Of a DNA stretch of 64,000 bases, positions 41,253 to 52,167 are shown one piece after another; position 1 is the first letter of the stretch; each line of letters opens with the position of its first letter. A model generated the notes under the pieces. It did not search any database and had not been told where the DNA came from. It saw only the letters and a program-made list of their open reading frames with translations. Source of the stretch: an uncultured Nitrospiraceae bacterium (lineage in GTDB: Bacteria; Nitrospirota; Thermodesulfovibrionia; Thermodesulfovibrionales; Dissulfurispiraceae). The stretch is taken from the NCBI GenBank assembly GCA_963727805.1, contig CAVSHF010000005.1:128001-192000 (forward strand). Direction: 5' to 3'. The translations under genes and the position numbers were made by a program.

Positions 41253-42781
41253 ACAAATGGATCATAGCACTGACCGTCATGCTGCCCACGCTTATCGAGA
41301 TCGTGGACACGTCGGTCGTCAATGTTGCTCTCGACCACATCCGCGGCAGTCTCTCCGCGGGCATAGACGAATCGACATGGACCATTACTTCCTATCTCGT
41401 TTCAAACGCTATCATCATACCAATGACAGGATGGCTGAGCAGGCTCTTTGGCAGGAAACGATATCTTATCATCTCCATAACGCTCTTCACCGTTAGCTCG
41501 TTATTATGCGGTGCGGCATGGAGCCTCCAGAGCCTCGTCTTCTTCAGGATTCTCCAGGGTATAGGAGGCGGCGCGCTCCAGCCTATTTCTCAGTCCATAC
41601 TACTGGAAACATTCCCTCCGCGTCAGCATGGCATCGCGATGGCGGTCTTCGGCGTCGGCATCATGTTCGGTCCAATTATCGGCCCGCTGCTGGGTGGATG
41701 GATCACGGACAACTGGTCATGGCACTGGATCTTTTATATCAATATCCCGATCGGTATCATATCGATACTTATGGCCATGATGTTTATCCAGGACCCTCCC
41801 TATATGCAGCGTATGAAGATGAAGATCGACTACTGGGGCCTCGCTCTGCTCACCGTCGGTCTGGGCTGTCTCCAGATCGTACTCGACAAGGGTCAGCAGG
41901 ACAACTGGTTCGAATCGAATTTCATCGTCTGGCTCAGCATGATATCAGCAGTCTCCCTTATCTCCTTTGTGCTCGTCGAATTATTCTTCACCGAACAGCC
42001 TATCGTAAACCTTCGGACTTTCAGGAATATCTCTTTCAGCACCGGTTGCACCGTCATGTTCGTTGGCTTTTTCAATCTCTTTGCGAGCATCGTCCTTCTG
42101 CCCATCTACTTGCAGACGCTCATGGGATACACATCATATCTCGCCGGGTTCGTTCTCGGACCGGGTGGACTGGCAACGCTGATATCCCTGCCGATAGCGG
42201 GAAGGCTGGTGACGAAAGTTAATCCAAAGGCCCTCCTGTCCTTCGGCATAGTGGTCAATGCCTATGCGACTTATCTCATGTCGAATTTCACCCTCGACGC
42301 TGACTTTGCAACCGTCATCTGGCCGAGGGTCGTCCTTGGAATCGGCATGGGGTTCTTCTTCATCCCCCTCACCACCCTGACGATGTCGAGCATCCGCAAG
42401 GAGGACATGGGAAATGCATCGGGCATCTATAACCTCCTCAGAAACCTCGGTGGCAGTTTCGGAGTGGCGTTTGTGACGACCATACTGGCGCGGCGTGCGC
42501 AATATCATCAGGCGCACCTTGTCGAGAACCTGACTCCCTACAATACCTCTTACCAAATGGCAGTTCAGCACGGCACGCAGGCGCTCAAGTTCAGAGGATT
42601 GGAGGGTTCCCAGGCGCAGCAGGGAAGTCTCGCGAACATTTATCATGAATTGCTCCGGCAGGCCTCGATGCTCTCTTTCAATGATGCCTTCCATCTCGTA
42701 TGTATCATAATGCTCGGCATCCTTCCCCTCGTCTACTTCATGCGGGCGGGCAAGGGTTCCCCCCCTGCTGGCATGCACTGA
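41249..42781 (+). CDS. emrB: DHA2 (EmrB/QacA) MFS efflux permease
   Basis: Motifs DTSVVNVAL, FRILQGIGGG, GPLLGGWITDN..WIFYINIPIG and RNLGGSFG. Confidence 0.93.
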   Translation: MNKWIIALTVMLPTLIEIVDTSVVNVALDHIRGSLSAGIDESTWTITSYLVSNAIIIPMTGWLSRLFGRKRYLIISITLFTVSSLLCGAAWSLQSLVFFRILQGIGGGALQPISQSILLETFPPRQHGIAMAVFGVGIMFGPIIGPLLGGWITDNWSWHWIFYINIPIGIISILMAMMFIQDPPYMQRMKMKIDYWGLALLTVGLGCLQIVLDKGQQDNWFESNFIVWLSMISAVSLISFVLVELFFTEQPIVNLRTFRNISFSTGCTVMFVGFFNLFASIVLLPIYLQTLMGYTSYLAGFVLGPGGLATLISLPIAGRLVTKVNPKALLSFGIVVNAYATYLMSNFTLDADFATVIWPRVVLGIGMGFFFIPLTTLTMSSIRKEDMGNASGIYNLLRNLGGSFGVAFVTTILARRAQYHQAHLVENLTPYNTSYQMAVQHGTQALKFRGLEGSQAQQGSLANIYHELLRQASMLSFNDAFHLVCIIMLGILPLVYFMRAGKGSPPAGMH

Positions 42782-42810
42782 ACGTAACGCTACTGTGGTA
42801 TAATTTCAAT

Positions 42811-43548
42811 ATGCAGAACCTTTTATTTGAAAGTATTCCGGTTGAGGCCGCAAACAGGATCCGCCCCTTTTTTGAGGCGATTCTGGGAGGGTGTCCCGAC
42901 AAGATCCAATCTCTTTATGTGACTGGCAGCGCGGTCACTTCCGATTTCAGCGAGAAGACATCGGATATCAATTCCCTGATCGTACTTGATGAAATACACT
43001 TCGACTTTTTCAAATTCCTTGCGCCTCTCGGGAAAAAGTTCAAGTCAAAGGGCATCGCCGCCCCTCTTGTCATGACACCTTCATACATCAATGAATCTCT
43101 CGATGTATTCCCCATGGAGTTCCTGGAACTCAAGCTCATCCATAAGACCGCCTACGGTAACGATATAGTAAAAGATCTGGAGATCGACCCTAAACTCTTG
43201 AGACTCCAGTGCGAACGCGAAATAAAGACGCGTCTCATCGGGCTCTGGCAAGGCTATATATCGTCATTTGGCGAGACCGATATTATCGCGTCGCTTCTTT
43301 GGCGCTCAATAAAGGGATGCATGCCCCTTTTCAGGTCGATCATTTTCTTAATGGGAAAAGAGCCACCCCTTAAGAAAATCGATGTCATTAACTCCCTTAA
43401 CAGTACTACTCATGTTGATAAAGAGGTGCTCATTAAGGCCCTCCTCCTGAAAGAAAAGCGGTTCAAAGATCGGGAAGAAGTCCTGTCACTCTTCGAGAGC
43501 TATTACGGAAACTTGGAAACTGTTGCCGGAATCGTCAATGCACTTTAG
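42811..43548 (+). CDS. Nucleotidyltransferase-fold protein of unknown function
   Basis: Pol-beta-like motif YVTGSA..DF..SDINSLIV, DVFPMEF and a helical C-terminus; adjacent to TPM and lemA. Confidence 0.7.
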   Translation: MQNLLFESIPVEAANRIRPFFEAILGGCPDKIQSLYVTGSAVTSDFSEKTSDINSLIVLDEIHFDFFKFLAPLGKKFKSKGIAAPLVMTPSYINESLDVFPMEFLELKLIHKTAYGNDIVKDLEIDPKLLRLQCEREIKTRLIGLWQGYISSFGETDIIASLLWRSIKGCMPLFRSIIFLMGKEPPLKKIDVINSLNSTTHVDKEVLIKALLLKEKRFKDREEVLSLFESYYGNLETVAGIVNAL

Positions 43549-44344
43549 CCGTAGTACAAGAAGCATATTCAATGCTGCCATACTTTTTATCCTCGGTTGC
43601 ATGCTATGTGGCGTGACTGCTTCTTTTGCCGTGACACCGCAGCCTCCGTCTACCCCCGATAATTATGTCATCGATCTTGCGGGCGTTATCCCTGCCGATG
43701 TCAAGAACCGTCTCAATGCCCATCTGAAAGAACTTGAACAGAAGACCACCGCACAGATGGTCATTCTTACGATCACCAGTCTCGACGGAGAGAGTATCGA
43801 TGGATTCTCGATCGGGATGGCTCACAATAAATGGAAACTCGGTCAGAAGGGCAAAGACAATGGCCTTCTCCTAGTCGTGGCAGTGAATGACAAAAAATAC
43901 CGCATCGAAGTCGGGTACGGACTTGAGGGAATACTTCCGGACAGCATGGTGGGTACGATCGGCAGGCAGTACCTTGTACCGTATTTTAGAAAAGGGGATT
44001 ATGGTTCCGGTATATTTAACGCATCCCTCGCGATCATCAAGACCGTTGCCGACGCCCATGGAGTTGAAATTACCGGAATGCCTGGGGCCGCTGCCATAAA
44101 GCCGAAGACCAAAAAAGGGATTGGCTTGAATGATTTGATATGGATCGGTATTCTTCTCGTGTTCATCCTCCCCTTCTTTCTTTCCCGCCTCAGGGGAAGG
44201 TCATCGGGAGGTTTCTGGGGAGGACCGGGAGGCTTTGGTGGTGGCGGATTCGGCGGGTTTGGAGGAGGCGGCGGTGGAGACGGTGGATTCGGAGGCGGCG
44301 GTGGTGGCGGTTTCGGCGGTGGTGGTGCTTCGGGAGATTGGTGA
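43538..44344 (+). CDS. TPM-domain (YgcG-like) membrane protein with Gly-rich tail
   Basis: Motifs VIDLAG, WKLGQKGKDNG and RIEVGYGLEG; C-terminus GGGFGGGGASGDW. Confidence 0.92.
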   Translation: MHFSRSTRSIFNAAILFILGCMLCGVTASFAVTPQPPSTPDNYVIDLAGVIPADVKNRLNAHLKELEQKTTAQMVILTITSLDGESIDGFSIGMAHNKWKLGQKGKDNGLLLVVAVNDKKYRIEVGYGLEGILPDSMVGTIGRQYLVPYFRKGDYGSGIFNASLAIIKTVADAHGVEITGMPGAAAIKPKTKKGIGLNDLIWIGILLVFILPFFLSRLRGRSSGGFWGGPGGFGGGGFGGFGGGGGGDGGFGGGGGGGFGGGGASGDW

Positions 44345-44514
44345 TAAACAAGGTCGCAGAGTTTAATCTTCGGTAATAAGTAGAGGACGCGATATTTCAG
44401 CTTGTCGGAAATCTTTTTTTAGATGAATATCGGACAAAGCGGAATAACAAAATATATTGTAAGTGGCCCGAAACTGAGGACATAGTAATTTGAACTTTCA
44501 TCAAGGAGGATTTC

Positions 44515-45090
44515 ATGGGTAATGGAGCAAAGATTGCAATTGCAGTATTAGCCGTAATAGCCCTACTGGCAATAGGCATGATCGGCTGGGGCGTCGGTCA
44601 ATACAACAAGGTAATCGCCCTTGACGAGCAGGTCAAGGCGCAGTGGGCGCAGGTGGACAACCAACTTAAACGTCGCTATGACTTAATCCCTAACCTCGTA
44701 GAGACGGTCAAGGGGTATGCAACCCACGAAAAACAGCTTTTCGAGAATATCGCAGAAGCGAGGACAAAGTATTTCCAGGCACCGACCGCCACACAGAAGA
44801 TACAGGCGTCCAATCAGCTCGAAGGGTTTCTTTCGCGCCTTCTCGTCTTAAAGGAAACATATCCGCAGCTCAAGGCAAACGAATCATTCCTGAAACTGCA
44901 GGACAGCCTCGAAGGGACGGAAAACAGGATATCGGTTGAAAGAAAACGATACAACGAAGTGGCTCAGATCCTCAATACCTACCGAAGAACCGTATTCGGG
45001 AGCGTCATCGCGTCCGTAGCCGGCGTACAGCCTGCGGCCTATTATGAAATACCCGCAGCAGAAAAGGAAGCGCCGAAGGTGAAATTCTAA
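44515..45090 (+). CDS. lemA: LemA-family protein
   Basis: Motifs QLKRRYDLIPNLV, YPQLKAN and LEGTENRI..ER.RYN. Confidence 0.94.
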   Translation: MGNGAKIAIAVLAVIALLAIGMIGWGVGQYNKVIALDEQVKAQWAQVDNQLKRRYDLIPNLVETVKGYATHEKQLFENIAEARTKYFQAPTATQKIQASNQLEGFLSRLLVLKETYPQLKANESFLKLQDSLEGTENRISVERKRYNEVAQILNTYRRTVFGSVIASVAGVQPAAYYEIPAAEKEAPKVKF

Positions 45091-45135
45091 GACAATTGAG
45101 GGGGCAAGGAGCCGTCTGGCCCCAGATTTCTAATT

Positions 45136-47577
45136 ATGCCGAATAAAATAGACGTCCCAATCACAGGAATGACGTGCGCCGCATGTTCGTCGGCTGTCGA
45201 ACGAACTCTGAAGAGGCTTGAAGGTGTCAAAAACACTGTCGTCAACCTTCCTCTCGAGCGGGCAACGATCGAATTCGAAGAGTCCGACATTCCGGCTATG
45301 TTACCTGCGATCATCAATGCCGTCAAAAGCGAAGGCTATGGAGTCGGTACAAACAAAATCGATATCGCTGTAAGCGGCATGACCTGCGCTGCCTGTGTCA
45401 GCGCGGTCGAAAAGGCTTTGAAAGGCATCTATGGGGTTGTCCATGCGACCGTGAACCTCGCGACTGAAAAAGCGTCCATCGAATATGTGCCCACAATTAC
45501 TGGCTTTGAGGACTTCAAACAGGTGATCGCGGATGCCGGCTATTCGGCCCACATGGTAACGACAGAATTTGTAGATACGGAGCGCGAAACCCGCAAAAAA
45601 GAGTACGAAGGGTTAAGAATGCGCTTACTCGTCAGCGCAGTGCTCGCGGCTTTCCTAATCGTTGGCAGCATGATCAGCATACCACTCATTTCCAATTGGA
45701 TTATCTTGTTTCTGCTCGCTACACCTGTCCAGTTCTGGGCCGGAATGAGGTTTCACAAGGCAGCCCTTTCGGCAATCAGACATGGCGCGACGAATATGAA
45801 TACCCTCATAAGCGTCGGAACCAATGCAGCTTATTTCTTCAGCGTTGCGGCAACCTTCGCCCCTGATTTTTTCTCCCGGGGCGGAGTTGCACCGCACGTT
45901 TATTTCGATACTTCGGCAACAATCATCACGCTTATTCTCCTCGGCAGGCTTCTCGAAGCGAGGGCAAAAGGAAAGACTTCAGAAGCGATCAGGAAACTCA
46001 TGGGCCTGCAACCAAAAACAGCAGTTGTGCTGCGAGGCGATAAGGAACGAGAGATAGCCATCGAAGAAGTTACGGTGGGCGATATCGTCGTCGCACATCC
46101 CGGAGAAAGACTACCTGTTGATGGTGAAGTTATAGCCGGTGATTCGACGGTCGATGAATCAATGCTTACTGGAGAAAGCCTTCCGGTCGAAAAGAGTCAG
46201 GGCGCAATGGTCTTCAGCGGAACCGTCAACAAGGTCGGCAGCTTACGATTCAGGGCACTGCGCGTCGGCAAGGAGACCTCACTCGCAAGGATCATCAAAC
46301 TTGTTGAAGAAGCACAGGGGAGCAAGGCGCCCATCCAGCGACTCGCCGATCAAATAGCATCCGTATTTGTCCCGGTGGTAATGGCTATCGCTGCCACTAC
46401 CTTTATCGTCTGGCTTGTTTTTGGGCCACAGCCGTCCTTTGCTCTAGCCCTGATGAATTTCATCGCCGTCCTTATCATTGCCTGTCCCTGCGCCCTTGGA
46501 CTCGCCACACCGACTGCGATAATGGTCGGCACCGGTAAAGGGGCCGAAAATGGCATACTCATACGGAATGCGGAGGCCCTCGAACTTTGCCATAAAATAA
46601 AAGCCGTTATCCTCGATAAAACAGGCACTATTACCAAAGGAGAGCCTGAGGTAATCGATATTGTTGATATAAAGGAGCAGGTGTCAAATGCCGTATCCGA
46701 CATCTTGCGCATTGCTGCTTCGGCTGAGAAATTGTCCGAGCACCCTCTCGGGAAGTCAATCGTCAAAAAAGCTATGGGACAGAACATCAATATCCCTGGT
46801 CCCGCAGCATTCACTTCCGTGTCGGGCGGTGGCGTGAAAGCAACGATTACCGAAAACTCACAGAACGTTGAAGTAGTCATCGGGAATGAAAGGCTCTTGA
46901 CAGATGAAGGTATCGACCTCACGTCAGCAAAGGGCATGGCAGAAAGATTCTCTTCCGAAGGCAAGACTCCGGTATTCATGGCCACAAATCAAACATTGAC
47001 GGCTGTCTTTTCCATAGCAGATGCTGTCAAGGAAGATTCAGCCGCTGCTATACGCGAACTTTCTTCGATGGGAATTGAAGTGATAATGCTGACCGGTGAT
47101 CACAGGAATACCGCCGAGGCAATTGCCCGGCAAGTGGGCATCATGAGATACTATGCCGAAGTGCTCCCTGATCAGAAGACTGAAATTGTAAAACAGGTAA
47201 AGTCTGAACACAAGATAACTGCAATGGTGGGCGACGGGATTAATGACGCACCGGCCCTCGCCTCAGCGGATGTAGGAATCGCTATCGGCACAGGCACCGA
47301 TATCGCCATCGAGGCATCAGATCTTACCCTGATAAAGGGGAGTCTTCAATCCCTCGTGGATGCTATCAGGCTGAGTAGGCTCACGATAAGAACGATTAAG
47401 CAAAACCTTTTCTGGGCTTTCATCTATAATATTATTGGCATCCCGGTGGCTACCGGCATACTCTATCTTTTCGGCGGTCCTTTGCTCAACCCGATGATCG
47501 CATCGGCTGCCATGTCCTTCAGCTCGGTTTCAGTAGTAACGAACTCACTGAGGCTTAAACGGAAGAAGCTCTCGTAA
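45136..47577 (+). CDS. copA: Cu(I)-exporting P1B-1 ATPase
   Basis: Two GMTCAAC metal-binding domains; TGES, CPC, DKTGT, HP, GDGIND, YN and MSFSS. Confidence 0.95.
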   Translation: MPNKIDVPITGMTCAACSSAVERTLKRLEGVKNTVVNLPLERATIEFEESDIPAMLPAIINAVKSEGYGVGTNKIDIAVSGMTCAACVSAVEKALKGIYGVVHATVNLATEKASIEYVPTITGFEDFKQVIADAGYSAHMVTTEFVDTERETRKKEYEGLRMRLLVSAVLAAFLIVGSMISIPLISNWIILFLLATPVQFWAGMRFHKAALSAIRHGATNMNTLISVGTNAAYFFSVAATFAPDFFSRGGVAPHVYFDTSATIITLILLGRLLEARAKGKTSEAIRKLMGLQPKTAVVLRGDKEREIAIEEVTVGDIVVAHPGERLPVDGEVIAGDSTVDESMLTGESLPVEKSQGAMVFSGTVNKVGSLRFRALRVGKETSLARIIKLVEEAQGSKAPIQRLADQIASVFVPVVMAIAATTFIVWLVFGPQPSFALALMNFIAVLIIACPCALGLATPTAIMVGTGKGAENGILIRNAEALELCHKIKAVILDKTGTITKGEPEVIDIVDIKEQVSNAVSDILRIAASAEKLSEHPLGKSIVKKAMGQNINIPGPAAFTSVSGGGVKATITENSQNVEVVIGNERLLTDEGIDLTSAKGMAERFSSEGKTPVFMATNQTLTAVFSIADAVKEDSAAAIRELSSMGIEVIMLTGDHRNTAEAIARQVGIMRYYAEVLPDQKTEIVKQVKSEHKITAMVGDGINDAPALASADVGIAIGTGTDIAIEASDLTLIKGSLQSLVDAIRLSRLTIRTIKQNLFWAFIYNIIGIPVATGILYLFGGPLLNPMIASAAMSFSSVSVVTNSLRLKRKKLS

Positions 47578-47625
47578 TAACCCTTTACAAAGAAATAGAA
47601 ATAATATATTTTATTGGGATTAACT

Positions 47626-49305
47626 ATGCATTCACCTCATGATCTTAAAGACACCGGCTCTCTCCTCATCATCCCTCTCGGGGGCGTCGAAGAGATCGGA
47701 CTCAATATGACTGTCTTTCAATATGCCGATGACCTCATCATCGTTGATGCTGGACTCATGTTCCCTGAAGAGGAGATGCTCGGCGTCGACATCGTCATCC
47801 CGGACTATTCATATATTCTTGACAACAGGGAAAAAGTAAAAGGGATTATACTTACCCATGGGCACGAAGACCATACCGGCGCCCTGCCCTTTCTGCTCAA
47901 AGAGATTAACGTACCGGTCTTCGGTACAGCCCTCACTCTGGCCCTCGTCAGGGAGAAGCTGAACGAGCATAACCTCCTCGATATCCAGCTTATCCCCGTT
48001 AAGCCGCGCGACATCATAACCCTGGGACAATTCAAGATCGAATTCATAAGGGTCACCCACAGCATTGTCGACGGTGTAGGATTGGGAATACAGACCCCCC
48101 TTGGCAGAATCATCCATACCGGCGATTTCAAACTCGACCCGACCCCCGTCGATGGTGAACTCATGGACCTCCACAAATTTACTGAGTACGGGGAGAAGGG
48201 GACCCTGCTGATGCTGTCCGACAGCACCAATGCTGAAAAAGGGGGCTTCACCTTTTCCGAAAGGGAAGTGAGGCGGGCGTTTGAAGATATATTCGCGAAA
48301 ACGAAAGGCAGGATTATCATTGCAACATTTGCCTCGAATATCCACAGGATTCAGCAGGCTATAGACGTGGCGGTCCAGTATGGCCGCAAGGTGATTATGT
48401 GCGGCAAGAGCATGGTATCTAATGCTGGTATTGCGCTCGAGCTCGGCTATTTGAAGATGCCGCCCGACATCTGGGTCAAGATGGAGGCACTCAGGGACTT
48501 ACCCGATGATCAGGTGGTGATAATCACCACCGGCAGCCAAGGTGAGCCAATGAGCGTGCTTTCACGGATCGCGATTGACGAACATAAACAGATCAAGATC
48601 AAGGAGGGCGATACAGTCATCCTTTCGGCAAAAATTATCCCCGGTAATGAACGCTCCATCGGTAAAATTATTAATCACCTGATGAGAAGGGGCGCCGACG
48701 TCAAGTATGAGAAGGTTTCGGATATCCATGTCTCGGGTCATGCATCGAAAGAGGAACTGAAGTTGATGATTAACATGGTAAAACCGAAGTATTTCATGCC
48801 TATCCACGGCGAGTATCGCCATCTGAAGTATCATTACAAACTAGCCGACAAGTCTGGCATACCGAAAGAGAACATTTTCATCCTCGAAGACGGCATGGTC
48901 CTGGAGATAACCGCCCACGGCGCAGCAACAGGCGGGAAAGTTAATTCCGGTCGTGTCTTCATCGACGGACGGGATGTCGGCGGTGTCGAGGATATCGTGC
49001 TCCGTGACCGGAGGAGGCTCGCCCATGACGGGATCGTGATCATCCTTGTCGGAATTGAAAAACTGACGAAAAAGATCATATCCGGACCGGAAATTATTTC
49101 GAGGGGTTTCGTCTTTGAAGATGTCTCTCAGGAAATCATCAGTGAAGTCCGCGATCTTATGGCCGACACTTTGACAAACATCGAAGACGATATCATCTCC
49201 GACACGTCTCTAATCCAAGCAAAATTGAGATCGACCCTCAAGAAGTATCTGAGAAACACTATGGACAGAAGACCCATGATCATGCCCATCATTATGGAAG
49301 TCTAG
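47626..49305 (+). CDS. rnj: Ribonuclease J
   Basis: Motifs PLGGVEEIGLN, THGHEDH, TGSQGEP, HVSGH and PIHGE. Confidence 0.96.
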   Translation: MHSPHDLKDTGSLLIIPLGGVEEIGLNMTVFQYADDLIIVDAGLMFPEEEMLGVDIVIPDYSYILDNREKVKGIILTHGHEDHTGALPFLLKEINVPVFGTALTLALVREKLNEHNLLDIQLIPVKPRDIITLGQFKIEFIRVTHSIVDGVGLGIQTPLGRIIHTGDFKLDPTPVDGELMDLHKFTEYGEKGTLLMLSDSTNAEKGGFTFSEREVRRAFEDIFAKTKGRIIIATFASNIHRIQQAIDVAVQYGRKVIMCGKSMVSNAGIALELGYLKMPPDIWVKMEALRDLPDDQVVIITTGSQGEPMSVLSRIAIDEHKQIKIKEGDTVILSAKIIPGNERSIGKIINHLMRRGADVKYEKVSDIHVSGHASKEELKLMINMVKPKYFMPIHGEYRHLKYHYKLADKSGIPKENIFILEDGMVLEITAHGAATGGKVNSGRVFIDGRDVGGVEDIVLRDRRRLAHDGIVIILVGIEKLTKKIISGPEIISRGFVFEDVSQEIISEVRDLMADTLTNIEDDIISDTSLIQAKLRSTLKKYLRNTMDRRPMIMPIIMEV

Positions 49306-49404
49306 AGTAAAAAAAAGGGATAAACTTAAGGTATAATATTTAAATTATCTATCGGTACCAATTTCATTTTTTTTGGAGATTGAAATGGGGACAAAGATCC
49401 ACGG

Positions 49405-49683
49405 ATGACATCACCTTTAAAAATCCTGAACCTGGGAGACAATCCTCATGACGTGAATTCCATCACATCTGCCCTTGAGGAAGTGGGGATTCCCTGCAAT
49501 ACCTTTCAGGTAGCAACACTTGATGAGCTTACCTCAGCGATCGAGCAGGGTGGATTTGATATAATCTTTACGGACCATACACTGCCTGGTTTTGACGGTC
49601 TGACCGCACGCGCCGTCGCTAAAGAAAAATCTACCAAATATACAGTTTATGTGCACTTTGGGGACAGGAAGAGAAAAGAATGA
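49405..49683 (+). pseudogene. Truncated, frameshifted receiver domain
   Basis: LKILNLGDN..DIIFTDHTLPGFDG..AKEK continues as PNIQFMCTLGT in another frame and then ends; no KP motif. Confidence 0.65.
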
Positions 49684-50336
49684 AGAAAGTAACTTTGATT
49701 ACCGTATTGACAGTAATTGCTATGGTACTGACCGGATGTGCCCATGCGAACCGCTCGCAGCGAGAAGGGGACAGTAATGTTTATCATCTTACGGGAGTCC
49801 CGAAGCCCTACTCAGCAGGCGTCCCTGCATCGGCCAAGTACAAGGCATATGTAGCTCCCTATGAGGTGAATGAGGAGCGACACGGAAAGCAGGAATTCCG
49901 CACCGTCAATTACACTGAGTTCATCAAAGCGGCGCTCACCAAGAGGTTTGGAACGAAGATCACCTTTGTTGATGACCCCAAAGGTGCGGACATTGAGATC
50001 TTTGTCAAACGCAAGATAAGCGGATACGATCTGAAATCCTCCAACTTTCACTTCCTAACTGCACAAGTAAACGGTGTTATCGTGACAGCAAAGGGGCAAG
50101 CATACCACCGCAAGCCTCACTGGCCGCCTACAGCGGAGGATGTTGCAGCTGAGATCGAGGCTGCTACTGAGGCCCTCGTTTCCGTTCTCAAAGAAACTCC
50201 CAATGGCTCAATTGAAGTGGCTACTCTCAATGTCTACGCAGATAATGAGATCCTTTACTACAAGGAGAGCAACGGAGTATCCGTGATGGAAGGCCCCTTA
50301 GGGTATAACGTAGAGAAGCGTATAGACGTAGATTGA
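49680..50336 (+). CDS. Hypothetical lipoprotein
   Basis: Signal peptide with lipobox LTGC; no family recognised. Confidence 0.7.
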   Translation: MKKVTLITVLTVIAMVLTGCAHANRSQREGDSNVYHLTGVPKPYSAGVPASAKYKAYVAPYEVNEERHGKQEFRTVNYTEFIKAALTKRFGTKITFVDDPKGADIEIFVKRKISGYDLKSSNFHFLTAQVNGVIVTAKGQAYHRKPHWPPTAEDVAAEIEAATEALVSVLKETPNGSIEVATLNVYADNEILYYKESNGVSVMEGPLGYNVEKRIDVD

Positions 50337-50508
50337 TCTTTATGACGAAAGGGGAGAGAAATCTCGAGCAGACATTTAGCCATGGGTAGTCCAAAGTACG
50401 TACCAGCATCGCGGTAGCCTCGAAAATACCAATTACTCTTGTAGTACTGCCCCTAAATACATCCTCAACATGCATACAAAAACTAAGTTGCTTTTCTGGG
50501 ATTCATTG

Positions 50509-52167
50509 TTACCTATCAATGGTCATCTTAATATAGTGGCAAGGGCATTCCCTGGCACACAAGCCGCATCCCTTGCAAAAATCGTAATCAAATTCATACA
50601 TGCCTGTAGCCGGCGATATCCTGACGGCGTTGTCGGGGCAGTACATGAGACAATTATTGCATTGGAAACAGAGTCCGCAGCTCAGACAACGGCCTGCTTC
50701 ACTGATAATATCCTTGCGGTCAAACGGCGGATAAATCTCCTCAAAACTTTTCAGTCGTATATGAACAGGCACAGATTCCTTATTGAATCGGTTCGACGGT
50801 TGATAGTAATAAGTATTTAAATCCTTTGAATAGACTACCGGTGGACTTGCCAGACGGTTTTGGGTCTGGTCTTTGATATAGTCTTCGATGGCGTAAGCGG
50901 CGTGCATTCCCTGTCCTATGGCTGCAGAAACGGTCTCGAGTCCAAGCACTGCATCCCCACCGGCAAATACCCTATCCATACTAGTCATTCGTTGACTGTT
51001 CACATCAATCCATTTGTTATCTCTTTTATGGATATCAATGCCTTCATAATCGACTGCCTGTCCTGCAGCTATAATGACGGTATCAGCAGGGATAACTGAC
51101 TCAGAGCCAGGAATTGGCACAGGCCTTCCCCTGCCGCTGGCATCCGCTTCCTTTAATTCCATCTGTACGCATAAGATACCAATAACACGGTTTTCATCGG
51201 TAACTATTTTGACTGGATTAGTGTTATAACGGAACATGATGCGTTCTTCCAACGCCTCATCGATTTCAGCGGTAATAGCAGGCATTTCAACGCGTGTACG
51301 CCGATAGACAATGCTCACATTACCTCCCAGCCGCTTGGCAACTCGGGCGCAGTCCATGGCCGTATTACCTCCGCCGACAACTACAACTTCTCTGCCGATA
51401 TCAATTTTCCTGCCGCTGTGAACTGCCTTTAAAAATTCCACGCCGGTGAAGACGTTTCGGGCATCGTCACCAGGAATGTTAAGTGAGCTTCCCTTCTGAG
51501 CCCCAAGGCCCAAAAAGAGAGCATTGTATTCGCGCATTAGTTGGTCCATTGGTATGTTGATGCCTACTTTTACATTGCATTCCAGCTCAATGCCGAGTTT
51601 TAATATTGATTCAATCTCGCGACCCAAAACATCCTTTGGCAAGCGATAGGCAGGAATGCCCCAGCGCATCATCCCACCAGGTACACCTTCCGCTTCAAAT
51701 ATTTTTACCTTATATCCTTTTTTTGCGAGGTGAAAAGCGCATGATAACCCAGCAGGCCCCGAGCCTACTATGGCAACTTTCTCTTTTCGCTCTGATGTGA
51801 TGACCTTTTTGTGCTCCAGCCGATTTTCAATACCGAAGTCCCCAACAGAGCGCTCAGCGCTGTTGATATCAAGGGGGGTGTCAAAATCCCTGCGATTGCA
51901 CCCTTCCTCACATGGATGAGGACAGACCCTTCCGCACGTTGCAGGCAAGGGATTTGTACGGGTTAATATATGCCAGGCTTCTTCATAGTCCTGCCTGACC
52001 GCAAGCGTTCGCAGAAAACCCCGAATATCATTGCGGGCCGGGCAACCATGAGTGCAAGGCGGGGTTTGCATAATGTTTAAAGGCTTTTGTGTCCGCCATG
52101 AACCGGTCTTATAGGGAGTTACATTGCGCAAATCCAGCGCTAGTCCTAAGGGTAATTTTTCGCTCAT
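50509..52167 (-). CDS. Delta (PorD-like) subunit fused with a GltD/NfnB-like FAD/NAD(P) Fe-S oxidoreductase
   Basis: N-terminal KTGSWRTQKP; Fe-S motifs CTHGCP..CGRVCPHPCEEGC; GSGPAG; GGGNTAMD..YRR; C-terminal CFQCNNCLMYCP and DYDFCKGCGLCARECP. Confidence 0.88.
   Translation of the reverse strand: MSEKLPLGLALDLRNVTPYKTGSWRTQKPLNIMQTPPCTHGCPARNDIRGFLRTLAVRQDYEEAWHILTRTNPLPATCGRVCPHPCEEGCNRRDFDTPLDINSAERSVGDFGIENRLEHKKVITSERKEKVAIVGSGPAGLSCAFHLAKKGYKVKIFEAEGVPGGMMRWGIPAYRLPKDVLGREIESILKLGIELECNVKVGINIPMDQLMREYNALFLGLGAQKGSSLNIPGDDARNVFTGVEFLKAVHSGRKIDIGREVVVVGGGNTAMDCARVAKRLGGNVSIVYRRTRVEMPAITAEIDEALEERIMFRYNTNPVKIVTDENRVIGILCVQMELKEADASGRGRPVPIPGSESVIPADTVIIAAGQAVDYEGIDIHKRDNKWIDVNSQRMTSMDRVFAGGDAVLGLETVSAAIGQGMHAAYAIEDYIKDQTQNRLASPPVVYSKDLNTYYYQPSNRFNKESVPVHIRLKSFEEIYPPFDRKDIISEAGRCLSCGLCFQCNNCLMYCPDNAVRISPATGMYEFDYDFCKGCGLCARECPCHYIKMTIDR

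Noticed and set aside
44200..44344. GGC/GGT-rich low-complexity tract
   Set aside because: This is the normal Gly-rich tail of TPM/YgcG-family proteins.
50509..52167. Calling this gene dsrL or gltD
   Set aside because: No dsr or gltB genes are nearby; the PorD-like termini and coupling to porB favour an oxidoreductase subunit.
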